Notes under the pieces: generated by a model
Seen by the model: only the letters and a program-made list of their open reading frames with translations
What the model was told of the DNA's origin: nothing
Databases searched by the model: none
Translations under genes and position numbers: made by a program
NCBI GenBank assembly: GCA_002633005.1
Contig: NMRA01000112.1
Coordinates: forward strand, 893,202-946,169
Length of the DNA: 52,968 bases
Reading direction: 5' to 3'
Source: Phoronis australis
Taxonomy: Eukaryota > Animalia > Phoronida
Shown: positions 36,656 through 50,939 of the stretch, piece after piece
Layout of the letters: each line of letters starts with the position of its first letter
How positions within the stretch are numbered: position 1 is the first letter of the stretch

Positions 36656-37382
36656 GAAGACTTTTGGAGATACATGTAAAGCAGCGGATGCCGGACGGAC
36701 GCTGAGCGGAAGGGAAGGACGGTATAATGCCTCCAAAATAATTGTGGGTTTAAAACTAATTATTTACGTTAATTTGGACCCGGTGACAATTTGTGCAACA
36801 ACTGTCGCATTCGTTGTCATATATCATTGTATTCTTAACATCAGTTTTTTTATTTATGTATTCGTATATAATCATTGTATATAGACTTCTTTGTATTTTT
36901 TTACCCAGATCAAACGCCTGGTCCGCGTGTATTCATTGTATTCGACAACCTTAAATACAACATTTTGAAAACGAAAACCTTTTCTTTACGAATACGCATA
37001 TATATGTATCCGCTGTNATCGAAGACTTTTGGAGATACATGTAAAGCAGCGGATGCCGGACGGAGGCTGAGCGGAAGGGAAGGACGGTATAATGCCTCCA
37101 AAATAATTGTGGGTTTAAAACTAATTATTTACGTTAATTTGGACCCGGTGACAATTTGTGCAACAACTGTCGCATTCGTTGTCATATATCATTGTATTCT
37201 TAACATCAGTTTTTTTTATTCATGTATTCGTATATAATCATTGTATATAGACTTCTTTGTATTTTTTTACCCAGATCTAACGCCTGGTCTGCGTGTATTC
37301 ATTGTGTTCGACAACCTTAAATACAACATTTTGAAAACGAAAACCTTTTCTTTACGAATACGCATATATATGTATCCGCTGT
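36656..37382 (+). repeat. Near-identical about 360-bp tandem duplication around a single N (probable assembly artefact)
   Basis: 36656-37016 versus 37021-37382 differ at only a few positions, and the junction is the N at 37017. Confidence 0.85.
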
Positions 37383-39090
37383 CAAAACCGCAACTTATGA
37401 AATGCGATAGCATCACCGTAGCATTAGCGTGTTTCTATTGACCGAGAACTTTGATTAGTCAAAGACAACGAGTTTTCAAAACGAAGCGGAATCTTGTTAA
37501 CATGAACGTAAACTATGAACAAGTCTAGTACGTTTAGCTAAAAGCGGAGACCTCGATGTAATCACTGAGTCCCAGTCCACACCGACTGCTACGTTTTATT
37601 TGAAAACGTACTAACTTTTTCTTCGCGTTTCCAAAACGTTCTCCGTCCATATTTTGTTGTCATATTAATTTCAAGAACTTCTCCTTCAACGCGGACACAT
37701 TATGCCAACGAAAACGCAACTTTTTCTTGCGTTTACCAAGCCTAGGAATACACTATTCGTGGATAGGTATCGGATGCATATAGCTCGAAGTCATAGCCTC
37801 CGGTCAATTACACCAACCAACAGGAAAATCAAACAGAAGATATGGTTTTGAGGTGAGAGGTTTTTTGTTGGCATGTCTGGTTTTGTGTTTCTGTTGATAG
37901 ACGTGGTCTGTTATAAATCTAGTTAGCAAAGATGGCGTTCGATAGGTGGCAGCCCTTTATCAAATACAGGGAGTGTTAGCTTAACACATGAAGATACAGT
38001 GTACCTAAAATATTGTATGGGTGCCGAACTCGCAAGCAACTGGCCTTGAGAAAATTTTGCATGCACATTCTAGGGAACTAGATGCCATAGCTACTGAAAA
38101 TAATTCGTTGTTATGTGGAGCTGCGTGAGCATCATAAAACTGGGCAGTCGGGAACAAAATCAACTCTTGCACGCAGTGGCGTATCAGCCGCCGATATTAA
38201 ACCATTGAGCCAGCCCAGTGACGATGCAACCTTTCATTTGCAGATCTCAGGAACAGTAGTTACCACCCTGTAAACTTGACAGTATTGGCTCAGTACGGTA
38301 TATCTGTTGCTTGATAACGCTTGTACCGCATACCGGTTTACGTTTTTTGGGCCACTAATGTCCCAGTACCTTCTAACGACACCAACCGAGTGAACCCTTC
38401 CATTACCGACCCGCCGGTATTGGCCCCATTTCGCTTGAGCGGTAAACACAAAATTGAACACAAGAGGGTAGTTAGAGGCTTGCCCACAGGAGTCCCGGGC
38501 TTACTTTTTTAACGCTAAAAACTTTTCAGGTTTCTTAAAAAATCACCATCAGATGTCTGTGAGAATAACACTTTTCACTTAAATGCCGGCAACTGTATTA
38601 CAGTATAATTTTATTTTTTAAAGAAAACTTTTCACCAGATGACCCTCATGAAAAAGCCGTCATTTTGAAATTTCCGTTAAGAACACTTGAGTTGTTAAGA
38701 GATTTTGTACAGATTGAAACCAGCGTGTGTAACAGAATAGTGAAGAATTTTGACTGTGAACTTCATTTTTCTGGTAAGTTTCATATTTGTCCACTTTGAA
38801 TGCTGTACCAGTGTCTGTAAGAGTACATGTATACAAACCTGATTTATACCACAGACGTTTTCAGCTTCTGGTCGTCTCCAATACAAATTAGGCCTACAAT
38901 ATACTACAAGATATGACACTCGGGACTCGCCCGTATCAAACACAAAATTCAATAAATGTACACAAACAGGAGTCAAACAAACCATGAGCATTATTTCTTT
39001 CTTATGACAGCATTTACGGTGTTCTGCTCCAGCCACAGCCAAAAGTGTCCAAAGCTTCTGATCGTCACCAACACATTATCTATATTATAG

Positions 39091-41427
39091 TAGAGTGAGC
39101 AAACCAAAATGCAAATTTCATCAGAAAAAATTGAAAAGAGGATTAAATGGGAGCTTTAGACATGCCACTTATACGACTTTTTTAATTTTTCAAATCGGTT
39201 GGGCGGTTAGTCTCGAGTTATTTAAATTTTGGACCCTCAAAAATGGCCTTTTTTCAGCAAACAGCACCCTGAAATTTCAGGCCAGAGAAAATGGCAAGTT
39301 TAGACAATTATATGTGGGAAACCATAGCTTACTTTGTTCCTAAAACAAGAAAGAAAATCTTTTGCAAGTAGGTTAATAAGATGGCATCGACAAAAAAACC
39401 CACAAACTATTATATTTTGCACCCGCAAGAAAACAAAAATTGAAAAATTCACCATTTTCAACGTGTGTGTCAGACGATTGACTGTGGGTTTGTTTAAAAG
39501 GTAGCTATGCTTTGAGATTGTGCGTACATGTAGATGGAAACTGGGTCATCAAATCCACTAATTAATTTATCATATGATAAGCCCTAATTAGACAAGTGAA
39601 ATATGTTGTTAATTAAGTAATCAACTACAAAGAAGAGTAACTACGCTAGCGCCCTCTTTGAAGATTACCTCAATCAATCAACCAAAATAATCAAATGTCT
39701 TATCTGCTATCCAAACTAGGACACTCCACTTGTTGGATGACTGTCCTGTTAGTGAATCTTCGAACTACGCACACTATACCATGTATAGCAACAGTGTCAC
39801 CGTCTCTGGTGATGCAACGCTTGCAGGCAATTTCTTCTACCCGCGATTCTTCTCGCTGGTCACATTCTCTGGCTGGTGACTCAACACTTCAGGTATTATC
39901 TTTCTACTCACGATGCAAATGACAAGCTCTTAGTTAACTTCCTGTTCGTTAACCCTTGCCCTTGCCAAGATCCTTTCTAGAATCTTCCACGAGATGGCTC
40001 TGTCGTACAATTCCCTCTGTACACTGTAGCAAGTCTTTATGCTTCAACTACTATAGCTCATCTGAATATCTTGTTGACTTAAGGTCACATTATAATATTC
40101 TACTTATTTAGTTATTGGTTAATAAAAACACATGATCATATCCAATCATATCATTGGATGTGACAGTTTGTTCTCAAATTTCCTAGAATCTCTAGAGTAC
40201 TTTGACCCCAGAACCCAAAGTTGTAAACACCATTTAAAATTGATTTTGACGTTAAAGTACATGTCAACAAGTCTGACTACATGATTTAAATGTACATGTA
40301 CATGTGCACAAATTTTGGGCAACTTAAAATGGATCTATTCTTACTAATTACTTAACCAATATTTATTCTGATATGGTGTTTTAAAAAGGGAGAAACTTAT
40401 TACCTTGAAAATGACGTCATTTATTTAAAAACCTGTGACGTTATGTGAACTATTTTTTCCCAAATAAGATCAATGTTTTCACAATCGTATGTTGTAGACC
40501 ATTTGATAAAAAATAATAATATGTATTTTTCATTAAACAAAATTAAATTGGGCCCTAATATTTTAAAGAATTTTAAATCAATTTCATTCCTGTCAAATAA
40601 TATAGAAACTGGGAGGTGTTGTGTTGGTGACTTTCCAAAAAAGCATATTCGTATTCTAAAATGTTTCGATACATTCTAGCGTTGACTGAACATTTATTTT
40701 AATCAAAATGAAACTAATCATAGCGCCACCACGAGGTAGAAAAATGTAACAAAAAATAATTTTGGAGAAAATAGAAAAAAGACTCTATTTTTAAAACTGA
40801 AGTTAGTTAAATTGAATTTTAAAAAATATTCTACACTATCTTAATAAAAATATTTCACCAGTTTGGGCCACTTTTGTAATTAAGAGAACTTTTGAATGGT
40901 TCTGTAAAGAACATTTGACCAATTAGGTTCGAGTTTAGCTTGAACCCTGGAAAGGTCAACATGGTTCTTGAAAAATAACTGAAGTTATCTTTTTAGAAGT
41001 GTTCCTAAATCGAAATGGTGAGATAAAGTGAAAAAAGTACATTTTCTCATATTTTTGTCAAAAATAAAAAGTGTACTCTCAGGCTTGAAAGCAGCATTTT
41101 TAGCAGTTCGATACAAATATCATTAAAATCGGTTCAGTAACAGCCATTTAGCAGCTGAAAGTTTGACTCGTACGGTAAGTCACAAGAATTTACGGTGATT
41201 GAAAAATATGTGAGGTGCTCGCTTTACTTCAATTTTTAAAAATACTCATTAATGCCCAAATATTTTTAATGGATATCAATAGAAAGAAGAAGAAATTAAA
41301 TATTGCACCGGCATACTTTTCATTTTCCACCACGTAGTATGATAATAGATGTGAGCTTGTAAATATCATGAAAAATGGCAAACTTTCACTCTTGCTGAAT
41401 TTCCGTCATATTGGTTTGCTCACCCTA
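39091..41427. mobile_element. hAT-like non-autonomous element
   Basis: TIR TAGAGTGAGCAAACCAA / TTGGTTTGCTCACCCTA (16 of 17 match) with an AT-rich interior. No 8-bp TSD could be recognised. Confidence 0.65.
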
Positions 41428-41544
41428 ACTCTTTATATGTGCGTCGGCTTTTTAGGAAGATTTTTGTGCTTTGACCGCAGATTTTTTTGCGAACTCGCTG
41501 GAGCAGGACACCTTGAAAGGCATTAGAAGAAAACAATTGCTAAT

Positions 41545-42055
41545 GGTTTGTCGAAACCCTGTTTGTGTAAATTTTTGAGTTTTGTGTTTGATGTGGACGG
41601 CTGAAGTGAAGCACCTGTGGAATTCCTTGTTCCGAGTGTGATACCGTGTAGTGTTATACATGTATACTGTAGCTGAGAACACTTTGAATTGCTCATGGTT
41701 TGCTGAACCCTGGTTTTGTGTAAATTTATTCAGTTTTGCGTTTGATATGGACGGCTGTGAAGCACACATGAAATTTTTAGTCCTGAGTGTCATACCGTGC
41801 GGTATATATTTATAGTGTATTGGGTACGATCAGAAGGTGAGGACGTCTGTGAGTTATACCACAGGCATCCTCAGCCTCTGAGTCTGACCGTCCCAAATAC
41901 ACTATAATACTAAAAGGTCGGACACTCGGCTTATGAGAAGATTTTTGTGTGAAGAAAAGCACTCATGGAATTCATAGTTCCGAGTGTCATGCCTTGTGGT
42001 ATTATATATAGTGTATTGAGGATGATCAGAAGTTGGGGATGCCTGTGATTTACAA
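41545..42055 (+). repeat. Degenerate tandem repeat, about three units
   Basis: Recurring AACCCTG-TTTGTGTAAATTT, GTTTGAT-TGGACGGCTG, AAGCAC and GAGTGT-AT-CC-TG blocks. Confidence 0.7.
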
Positions 42056-43659
42056 CACGGGCCGAGGAATTTCCCGATGACCGATAAGTTAACCATATGA
42101 TAAACCTATAGGTAGGACACTAAAAGTTTGCCAAGCCTCGCCTGCCAGCTTCTACTGCTCTAAATCCAAGTGGTACCTGTGTGCACCTCCCTCAGACTGG
42201 TATTACATAAACGGGAATTCCTGACCACTTTTGAACCTGTACCCTTTGGGTGCCCCTGATGATAAAAAGTGTGTCTTTTTCAAAAATTTGTGTCCGGCAG
42301 ACATGGTGTTATAAAATGGTAACATATGAAATAAACCTCAAGGGCATTGAAAATTAGAACAGTCATGCTGACGTAAAAGCTTTAAACAGGAAATGGTAAT
42401 TTACGATCAGATATTGGAAAATGTTAACGGCCTCTTCACTCATTTTAATGAAATCTGCAACATTACCCGTGAGTTGTTCGGCTGTAAGTTGACTTGCATT
42501 TTTTGGAATAGTTCGTTTTAAAAGATGCGCCTGGGGGTAGCACTACTGCCCTTTTGTATGCACTAATAGCACAAATGCGCATCCAGGAATATGCCTGCAT
42601 AAACATCAGAAACCTTGTTTCCTTGATTTCTTTGAAGTGTTCATGTTGTGAGTGGTGAATTGGCTACGGAATATCTGATGCCTGACCATAGTTTTAGTTA
42701 CTGAAAATTAGCTATCGGCAACTGCCAGTTTTCGCAGTAATCCTAAGTTAGTGATTCTTCCGTTTTAAACAAGGTCATTTTATAAACCCAGAGTTTAAAT
42801 ACATTCAAAGCGAAATTAAATTATGTAAGCCACACTCAACTGGCATTCGTGGGCGGGCTAAAACAGAGCTTCGGAATTGCTTCGCCACTGTCTATGAAAA
42901 ATCTGGATTTGTAAGTCTGCCATGAACGTCAAAAAATAACCTTGATGGGCTTCAACATGTTTGTTTGCAAATCACCACACGAAGGCAGTTTAATATGATA
43001 AAGTGAAGAAAGGTGTTCAAAAATTTGTTTGGTGTTGATTTCGTTGAATTCCATGCACATTTGAGTAGAAAATATTGAGCAAACCAATTGTTTAACTCCA
43101 ATCATTATGTTTTATCATGTAACTCAGTGAGTGACCTTATTGGTGATCGAGGAACAGATAAACTAAAGTGTCTGGTTTATATTTGCCAGTTTCGCGTCAG
43201 CATGACTATTTGACTTTTTAAAGTATGATAACAAAAAATATTTCTTGCTAAGCAATTGAAAATTGCTCCTGAGCATCAGTTTTCATGAAACACCTGCTAG
43301 TATAGAAAAATTGAGAACATTGCGACGCTGATACACAGAACCTAATCGTGTTTGCCTTGAGGATTCCTCTTTGATTGAATTTGTTGTTTATTTGCGTAAT
43401 AAGTTAAGTGCAAAGTTTACATTGCTGATCTAGGAATGAAGTGAAAATTTTCTTCTGTAACCCGTTTCTCCCATGGAAAGTTGTTTGAATTCGACCTCCG
43501 AAACTGTGCTGTGGGGCTTTAAAGACGGTTATGAACTATATGCCCATTTACATGTTCTGCATCTCATTTTACTTGCTTCACAACGAAACTTCAAATGCCC
43601 GCAAAATCAAAATCCAAAACAATGGCGGGCAATTGGTGATCTTATGAAACGTAGTCTAC

Positions 43660-44210
43660 GTTTTGTTGCTGTGTATACTTACAACATTGCTGACCTTGTG
43701 CACACGAGGCATCGTTCAACAGAAGAGGCACCCAGCCTCGTCTCCAAGCCTCAAGACTGTACTGATCAGATAAGCCATTTGAGACTTGGTAATGGGAAAT
43801 GAAATGTGTCAGAATTTTTACAGAAATTGCTGGAATGTCACAAGTAATTTCGAAATTTTCTAGAGTTTTATATAATACTAAAAACTACTGGTAAATTGCA
43901 GCAATTTTGGTCGAAATCATCGCAAAAATGATTTATTCTGATTCGAAAACAGATTTTTACTGTTCATAAATAAGAATTGAAAAAATATAACTTTTATTTT
44001 AGACAATAACTAAAACATTGCCTTCTGTCGCATGAATGGCTGCAGTATGAAAATAATAACCATCTGTCTTTGTTCAATGACGTCAAGGCATCATTCAATT
44101 ATTCCCATAACCAAGCCTTAAATGGATAAACCGATCAGCGCCATCTTGACGCTTGGGGACAAAGTTGAAAAGGTCACATCAGTGTCAACTGTGTGTAAAC
44201 ACAGAGCAAA
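43660..44210. mobile_element. Old foldback/MITE-like inverted repeat
   Basis: GTCTCCAAGCCTCAAGA...CTGATC...CCATTTGAGACTTGGTAATGGGAA (43740-43799) is the reverse complement of TTCCCATAACCAAGCCTTAAATGG...GATCAG...TCTTGACGCTTGGGGAC (44102-44160), with weaker outward extension. Confidence 0.7.
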
Positions 44211-45454
44211 ATCATCAATTGATGCTCATAAGACTTTTTGTAACAGATTGTGAAGTATTTTTTTTAGGAATTTTAAAATGGTAACAAAATAGGCATTTTG
44301 GGAAGAAATGGAATAAATAATAAGCCGCTTCTGAAAATATTTATTACAAGAAACTGAAGTCCTACAACCAGCTGTAATACTTGTGTTAACAAAGGATAAC
44401 ATATTTATATCTTACACATTTCAAATAAGTTTCATGTTGGGATTGTATACAATGTCTTTAGGTAATTCTAATTATTCATAACGTATCTGGAAAATGTATA
44501 GTGGAGTCGTTTAGTTTGTACTCTTAGATACTAAGCAGGGTTTGTTTTATTTCAGGGATGATCAAGGAGCACAGTAATGCAAATGCGAATTTTATAGTAA
44601 AAGAGGCGCCATGTTCCGAAAGGCTGGCGACAGGGCGGGAGGGCAAAGACTATGTGAAGCTGCCAGTCCACTAATAAGCCCGCGACAGTTTTGTAAAAAA
44701 TAATTAGTTGCTTAGTTTTTATTTATATAATTCATAATTTTATGTAAGTATTTTACCTGAGCAGCTTCATAATCAGAAAAGTATTAAACAACAAGAGCCT
44801 TTTCTTCTTGTAAGTCACAGCTGCACATGCAATAGGATATAAATCACCAACAAAGCAAACGTTGTAAGAGTTATAAACCTGAAGCATTGAAAAAACAAAT
44901 CTATTGTTATACCCACAAACATTAATATTTCTCAGTGCATTAGGCCTGTAAAGGCAACACAAGTGGTTGAATATTGGCACAGTACTGGACCACCACTGCA
45001 CTTTCGCCTATGTGATTAGTATTCATCTCTTTCACGAACGCGGGGCGCTGCTGTCGTGTTGATCGAAAACGAGGCGCCTTGACAAACATGGCACCGTCCT
45101 GCAAGGTGTTGTGGTCAAAAGACTTATCAACGTTACCAAAAATCAAGTTGTCTGATGTTGAATCGATCTCCAAAAACATACCAATACTTACGGCAACTAG
45201 ACTTTTACCCTCCTCAGCCATTCCTTAGTAGTTTTCCCTCTTTTGAAAAAGTGTGGAAGTCAGGGATATACCCAGGCTTTTAGTCTTGAAAAACCCTGCT
45301 CGCCAGCTGCATGGGCGAGTGCCGGAGCCAGAAAATCTACTCGCCATGCCCGAAGTTCGGTCACCCGGCCGTTGGCGCCAGTCACCACAAACTTGCTGCT
45401 AATTTAAATAAAAATCATCGTTTCGTGCACTGATGTCACCATCTATTAGGGCTA

Positions 45455-46571
45455 CCGTATTCGCTCTAATAAGCGCCCAGGGGGACTCTTTTTGTAGCCT
45501 ACGGCAGTTAAAACCTGGTCTCCGAAACGGGTGAAATCGGAAGCTAGGATTCATCAAATTTACGCGCTGTGACGTATGTGTAACCTATGACAGACTAGCT
45601 ACAAAACTGTGGTGCATTGCTATCAAACTCTGTTGTTAAATTACGATCTTTTTAAAAAAATGTGCTGAAATCCCAGGGCGAAAACTTGCCGACTGATGCG
45701 TCGCTGCTTCGCGATCGTCGATAGGACAACTTGAATTCTTGAGTAAAAATAGTTTCGACTCAAATTACCTGAAATCCTCCCAAATAGCCTTTCCTAAGAT
45801 TCTTAAGTTCCTGTGGACTCGGAGTCGGGATTAACCGCAGATTAAGTCAAAATCTGCGCTAGATCGCACCCCGCAACGAGAAAAATCTGGACGAACACAT
45901 ATGTTGTTGTCACGTGACGTTTGTATTGAAGTGAATCAGCTGGTGTGCACCGAGTGAGCGAGCGCGTGCGTGTCATCAGTGTTCATTTGCCAGAGTAGCA
46001 GGCCCAATGAGCTGTATAATGTAGTATATTTATCTCATTGAGCAGGCCCACATGTTATATGTGGGCCCTAGCGCGCGCTTCTTGGCCAAGTTTCGATTCG
46101 CGGTTTTTATAATTTTTCGTGTACCCAAAACAATCTGGATTCCTGTTGTGGGATAAGATCTGTACGGGAAAGATACAATACCAATCCCGTTGACCTGAGT
46201 ACGCTGCGTCTGTTCTCGATCAGGGCCAGACCATGTAGTGTGACACTTTCCTCGCAAGGTGAGATCAGCAAACCTTTTGCGTTCTTTTTGAAGCACTGCG
46301 GAATGGTTTGAAGAGTACAGCCACGGCTACTAATACCGACATAGCGGCGAGGCTCGTGGTCTACTAGAAATTACGCAAGCAATGATTTTTCAGAACTGTC
46401 GGATATTATTGATAAATTGAATACATTTACGGTAGAATTTTTGGAACTGTGAGGTGAGACATTTTTCGCACTGCTATATACACATTCATGGACTGGGCGC
46501 TTATTTTAGCGAAGTCTGAAAACGAGTGGGGACGCTTATAGGGGCATGGGCGCTTATTAGGACGCATGTTG
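45455..46571. mobile_element. Tc1/pogo-type MITE (CCGTA...CTAATAAGCGCCC ends)
   Basis: TA-CCGTATTCGCTCTAATAAGCGCCC on the left. Repeated GGGCGCTTAT and GGGCGCTTATTAGGACGCATGTTG-TA on the right. Confidence 0.6.
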
Positions 46572-46799
46572 TAAAAATAATTTTGGCTAAAATGACATTG
46601 TACATTACAATAAGAAATCAGTTCCAAGAAATGTGGTATTTTATTGCTATGAGCACATGGACCGGTCTTCCACCTTTCTCCCCTTTTCTTCGTTTCGGAC
46701 TAGTCCACAAATTCTTTGTGCACGACCACACACTGTGTTTTTGACGAATCGCGTAACGGGTGACATGTACTGAATCGGTAGGGTCGCACTGCGCCGATG

Positions 46800-47480
46800 N
46801 NNNNNNNNNNNNNNNNNNNNNNNNNNNNNNNNNNNNNNNNNNNNNNNNNNNNNNNNNNNNNNNNNNNNNNNNNNNNNNNNNNNNNNNNNNNNNNNNNNNN
46901 NNNNNNNNNNNNNNNNNNNNNNNNNNNNNNNNNNNNNNNNNNNNNNNNNNNNNNNNNNNNNNNNNNNNNNNNNNNNNNNNNNNNNNNNNNNNNNNNNNNN
47001 NNNNNNNNNNNNNNNNNNNNNNNNNNNNNNNNNNNNNNNNNNNNNNNNNNNNNNNNNNNNNNNNNNNNNNNNNNNNNNNNNNNNNNNNNNNNNNNNNNNN
47101 NNNNNNNNNNNNNNNNNNNNNNNNNNNNNNNNNNNNNNNNNNNNNNNNNNNNNNNNNNNNNNNNNNNNNNNNNNNNNNNNNNNNNNNNNNNNNNNNNNNN
47201 NNNNNNNNNNNNNNNNNNNNNNNNNNNNNNNNNNNNNNNNNNNNNNNNNNNNNNNNNNNNNNNNNNNNNNNNNNNNNNNNNNNNNNNNNNNNNNNNNNNN
47301 NNNNNNNNNNNNNNNNNNNNNNNNNNNNNNNNNNNNNNNNNNNNNNNNNNNNNNNNNNNNNNNNNNNNNNNNNNNNNNNNNNNNNNNNNNNNNNNNNNNN
47401 NNNNNNNNNNNNNNNNNNNNNNNNNNNNNNNNNNNNNNNNNNNNNNNNNNNNNNNNNNNNNNNNNNNNNNNNNNNNNNNN
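46800..47480. other. Assembly gap (N run)
   Basis: Continuous N. Confidence 1.
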
Positions 47481-50371
47481 TACACTATCGCCCCTGTATG
47501 CCTGCGCCATTCAGGCCTAGAGCGGGTTAAGTTCCAATTTCAGTCCGTTCACAGCTTCGCACAACATAATAAGGTCACATTTTCTTCGTCTATTCACAGT
47601 TATTCCACGACCCATCTACCATATCTTAAGTTGTTTTAACGTTTTAAGCGTAAAATTCACCATAAGAACTCCAGTAAGTTTTAGCGTGTGTAGCAAAGAC
47701 TCGGGGCAAAACAAGACCAATATGGCGGGTTTTGCCCCCTTTCCGGTGACGTCACAGTGACTAGCGAGAAACTCGCAAGTGAGCTATTGATGTTTAACGT
47801 AAAGTTTCATTCAGCTGCTTGTTTGGGTGCCCGGTTCATGGAAGAAAAAAGTTACGGGTCGCAGTTAGGTAGTTGTTTGTGTACATGTACATGTCTGGTA
47901 ATGGTTACCAGTTTTAGAATAAATAGTACGGGTTTCAATTAATTGTTTATTGTTAGCAAGGTAGTATTTGTTAGGCCTGTATTACAGTCATTGAAATTTG
48001 TATTTAGTTGGTTCACTTCTGCACCACTCAGGTAAAAATGTAGCTCTCACAATACAGTACAAAAACAAACGAAATCATGACATCCATCCTCAATTTGCGA
48101 CTTACAGAGACAGCACGCGAGATACTACCGATTTTCAAGGATAGGTCAACCTTTTCCCATCATAAAGTTTTGAGTGCAACGTAATTCAGCCATGGCTGGC
48201 ACATAAATATACAGCAACAAATAGGATTTCATTTCTACAATCAATTTCAGGTGTCAGCACTAAGTTCTGAGCTCAAAATTCCACAGCAAAGTTCCAGTCT
48301 GACAAAAAAACCCATTTAATTCCCTGCTCAAAAATGTCAAGAAAGGTGTTTTGCAGCCATTCCCCAGATTGTACCATTCCACCCCAAAGCCATAATACTT
48401 TAACAACCAATGCTTACATCAATTGGATATCTTCTCAGTTCTCCCAGAACAACATGATTTAATCAGTTACTTACATGTACAACGCCAAACAGCTGCTTAC
48501 AGATTTTCAATTACACACACTCGATGCTAGAATATCCTAGTTTCCAAACCTTTCTGTCATAATGATTAGGGACTCGTTTAGCAAACATACCGAGAGCAAT
48601 CTTCGATGACAATCGGCCACAATTTGAATGAATTCGTTTGACAATAAAACTAGCTTCTTGTGCATATGAGACAATGTTTTTGTTGCTTGCGTCCAGATTA
48701 ACCTAGTGGTAAATTAAATTACCAGTGATTACCACTAGGTGGAGCTCTTGAAAATAACACGTTTTACTGTATCTGGGAAGCGAAGGAAGCACTCATGTTG
48801 TAGTATTTGAAAAAATAAGGAGAACAAGCAAAATGAAAAGACCATGGTAATTTTTTTGTCACTAACGCTCACTTGCTTATACAACAGAATTTCATAGCAT
48901 TAAACCAAGATTGATGAAAATTCACTGACGTCAAATTCATTTTTCGGATGAAATGGAAGTTATTGACGCCTTAAATTGTCATTGAACGGTGATTTTATCT
49001 GCTGCCAAAGCTTTTTAGGATAATGAACACTTCAGTAGTTTATCATGTCTTTTCCCTTCGAGTTAAGGTTCGCTTAAAGGTTTTGTCTCATTATTTAAAC
49101 TTAAGAACAGATATGTCTGAGTGTTTTGGTAACTATCAAAATGGGGATTCTGCACTGTCATTCCCCATTCCACCATAACTGAGGAAAATTCCTGAACAAT
49201 CACATCGCACGCAGTTGATTTATGTGTCAACCGAATTCTCTCTCCAACCCGACTCCTCCCAATAAGCCGTCCAGAAACTGGCCGCGCCTTTCAGCCTTTC
49301 ATTTAATAACCTAATCATATTCATGACAATCATAATTTGCCCTGTAATCACTGAGTATAATGAGCTTACTGCAAAACTGCTAACGGCACAAACAAGTAGT
49401 TCGGCTCACCTAATGCATCACTTTAAATATATATTTGCATGCTCTTAAACATGCTAAAATAGAGCAAGAACTATACGAACGACAATGCCGTTTGAATATC
49501 ATCTACCCTACTCAAAGAGCAATTGTCTTCATAAACAACGTGTAAATATGAAAACAAAAAGAAATCTTTAAAAAGGTGACATTTGTTCTAATGACGTAAC
49601 CAAGTGGCTCACATAGCCCGCTTCACTGCTGTGTTATTTTCTAACACCACGTCACGAAACTTACCAAATAAAACGGTTCGTTGATTTACAGGGGACGATT
49701 TTCGACATAAAACTCGTTCTTAAAACATTTGGCAATTTGCAACCTACTTCATATTCACATTGTCGGTATAAGTTTTGTTTCTAGTAACTGATTTTATCAA
49801 GCAGTGCGAGACAAGAATTTAGCCTGCAAGTTCCACGTTAAAGTCGGACACAAAATGAAATGAATCAGAGAACTGTAGAAGATAATCCACAGCACGACGA
49901 TCAGTAGACGAACAGTAGAACTGTTCTGCTCCGTCAAATAGAGCATTACCGTTACATGAACATACATAAACGTTGATCTCGCAACTTGTGTGTGAGAGTG
50001 ATTTTTAAAATTAAGTTTTAACATCTATTGACAAGTTACAGTTATATGAATCACATCAGTCAACTGAGGGTAAAAAGTGATGAGTCGTCTTGAATATAAT
50101 GGAAAAGGTTACCAGTTAGATGTAAAGCATTGAGATCGCTTGCAATAAAAAGAAATCAACATTTTTAAAAAGTGGTATCTTTAATATCATTTCTCAAGAT
50201 TTCTAATCCAGTTTTCTTTCTTAGGTGTTCATGTACGGTAACTCTCTCATGCAGAAAGTAACCAGAGCAGATTATTATGTCCTCTTCAATGTGGCTATTC
50301 GGAAAATCTACAATAACTAGAGGGCGTGCGTGTACTAGTGGTGATAGATTAACAGCCTCGATTTCGCGAGN

Positions 50372-50523
50372 TATGAGCACATGGACCGGTCTTCCACCTT
50401 TCTCCCCTTTTCTTCGTTTCGGACTAGTCCACAAATTCTTTGTGCACGACCACACACTGTGTTTTTGACGAATCGCGTAACGGGTGACATGTACTGAATC
50501 GGTAGGGTCGCACTGCGCCGATG
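50372..50523 (+). repeat. Identical copy of 46648-46799, each copy abutting an N (probable mis-scaffolding)
   Basis: One copy ends at the gap at 46800 and the other starts right after the N at 50371. Confidence 0.85.
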
Positions 50524-50939
50524 CAGTGTTTTTTACTGCCGGAACATCGACACGATGATCAAACTGAACCTTAAATTCATGATAAAAACAGCACAAGGAG
50601 GAGGAAAATTATTCATATTCATCTGGGAAACGATACATAGTGCTTTTGCGCTCTGAAATTCGCTCGCCACCGGGCGACCGGCAAGTCAACTTCTACTCGC
50701 CCAGCACCATTTTTACTCGCATTGACGACTGGGCGAGTGGCTAAGTATTTCCATGGGAAGGATACCGACGAGATATTACTGGAATTGGTACGTTCAGGCA
50801 CTGCACAGTACACCATGGCCAGCTGATGATCACTCACGAGGTTTTATCAGTGTGCCTCGTTTTCGATCAGTATTTAAAGATGGCGCGGGAAGATGGCGCT
50901 TTCGTGAAATACGTGAATATTAGCTTAATATGAGCACAA

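Larger units (their letters stand above)
29878..36755 (+). mobile_element. Helentron/HINE-like element with degenerate internal tandem repeats, interrupted by the retrotransposon pair
   Basis: Starts AAATAAGAGC...AATGCGCCC. Recurring AAAA-TGCCACTAGGGAG-like units on both sides of the insertion (about 30095, 35565, 36000, 36230, 36550). Ends with GGAC micro-repeats, AATGCCTCC and a weak hairpin before an A-run. The family is inferred from architecture. Confidence 0.5.
45261..50765. mobile_element. Possible decayed hAT-like element with CTCGCC/GGCGAGT subterminal repeats
   Basis: Clusters of (TA)CTCGCC and GGGCGAGTG at 45295-45380 and 50655-50745. TIRs are poorly preserved and the interior spans a gap. 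Confidence 0.35.

Noticed and set aside
36656-37441. Tandemly duplicated ORFs (MYIDFFVFFYPD…)
   Set aside because: The duplication is centred on an N and nearly identical, consistent with an unmerged allelic overlap. The peptides have no recognisable features.
44940-45221. 93-aa minus-strand ORF starting MAEEGKS
   Set aside because: It overlaps a transposon inverted-repeat motif, has no recognisable domain, and has no supporting exon chain.
46647-47639. Four long ORFs of 256-287 aa
   Set aside because: They are open only because of the N run.
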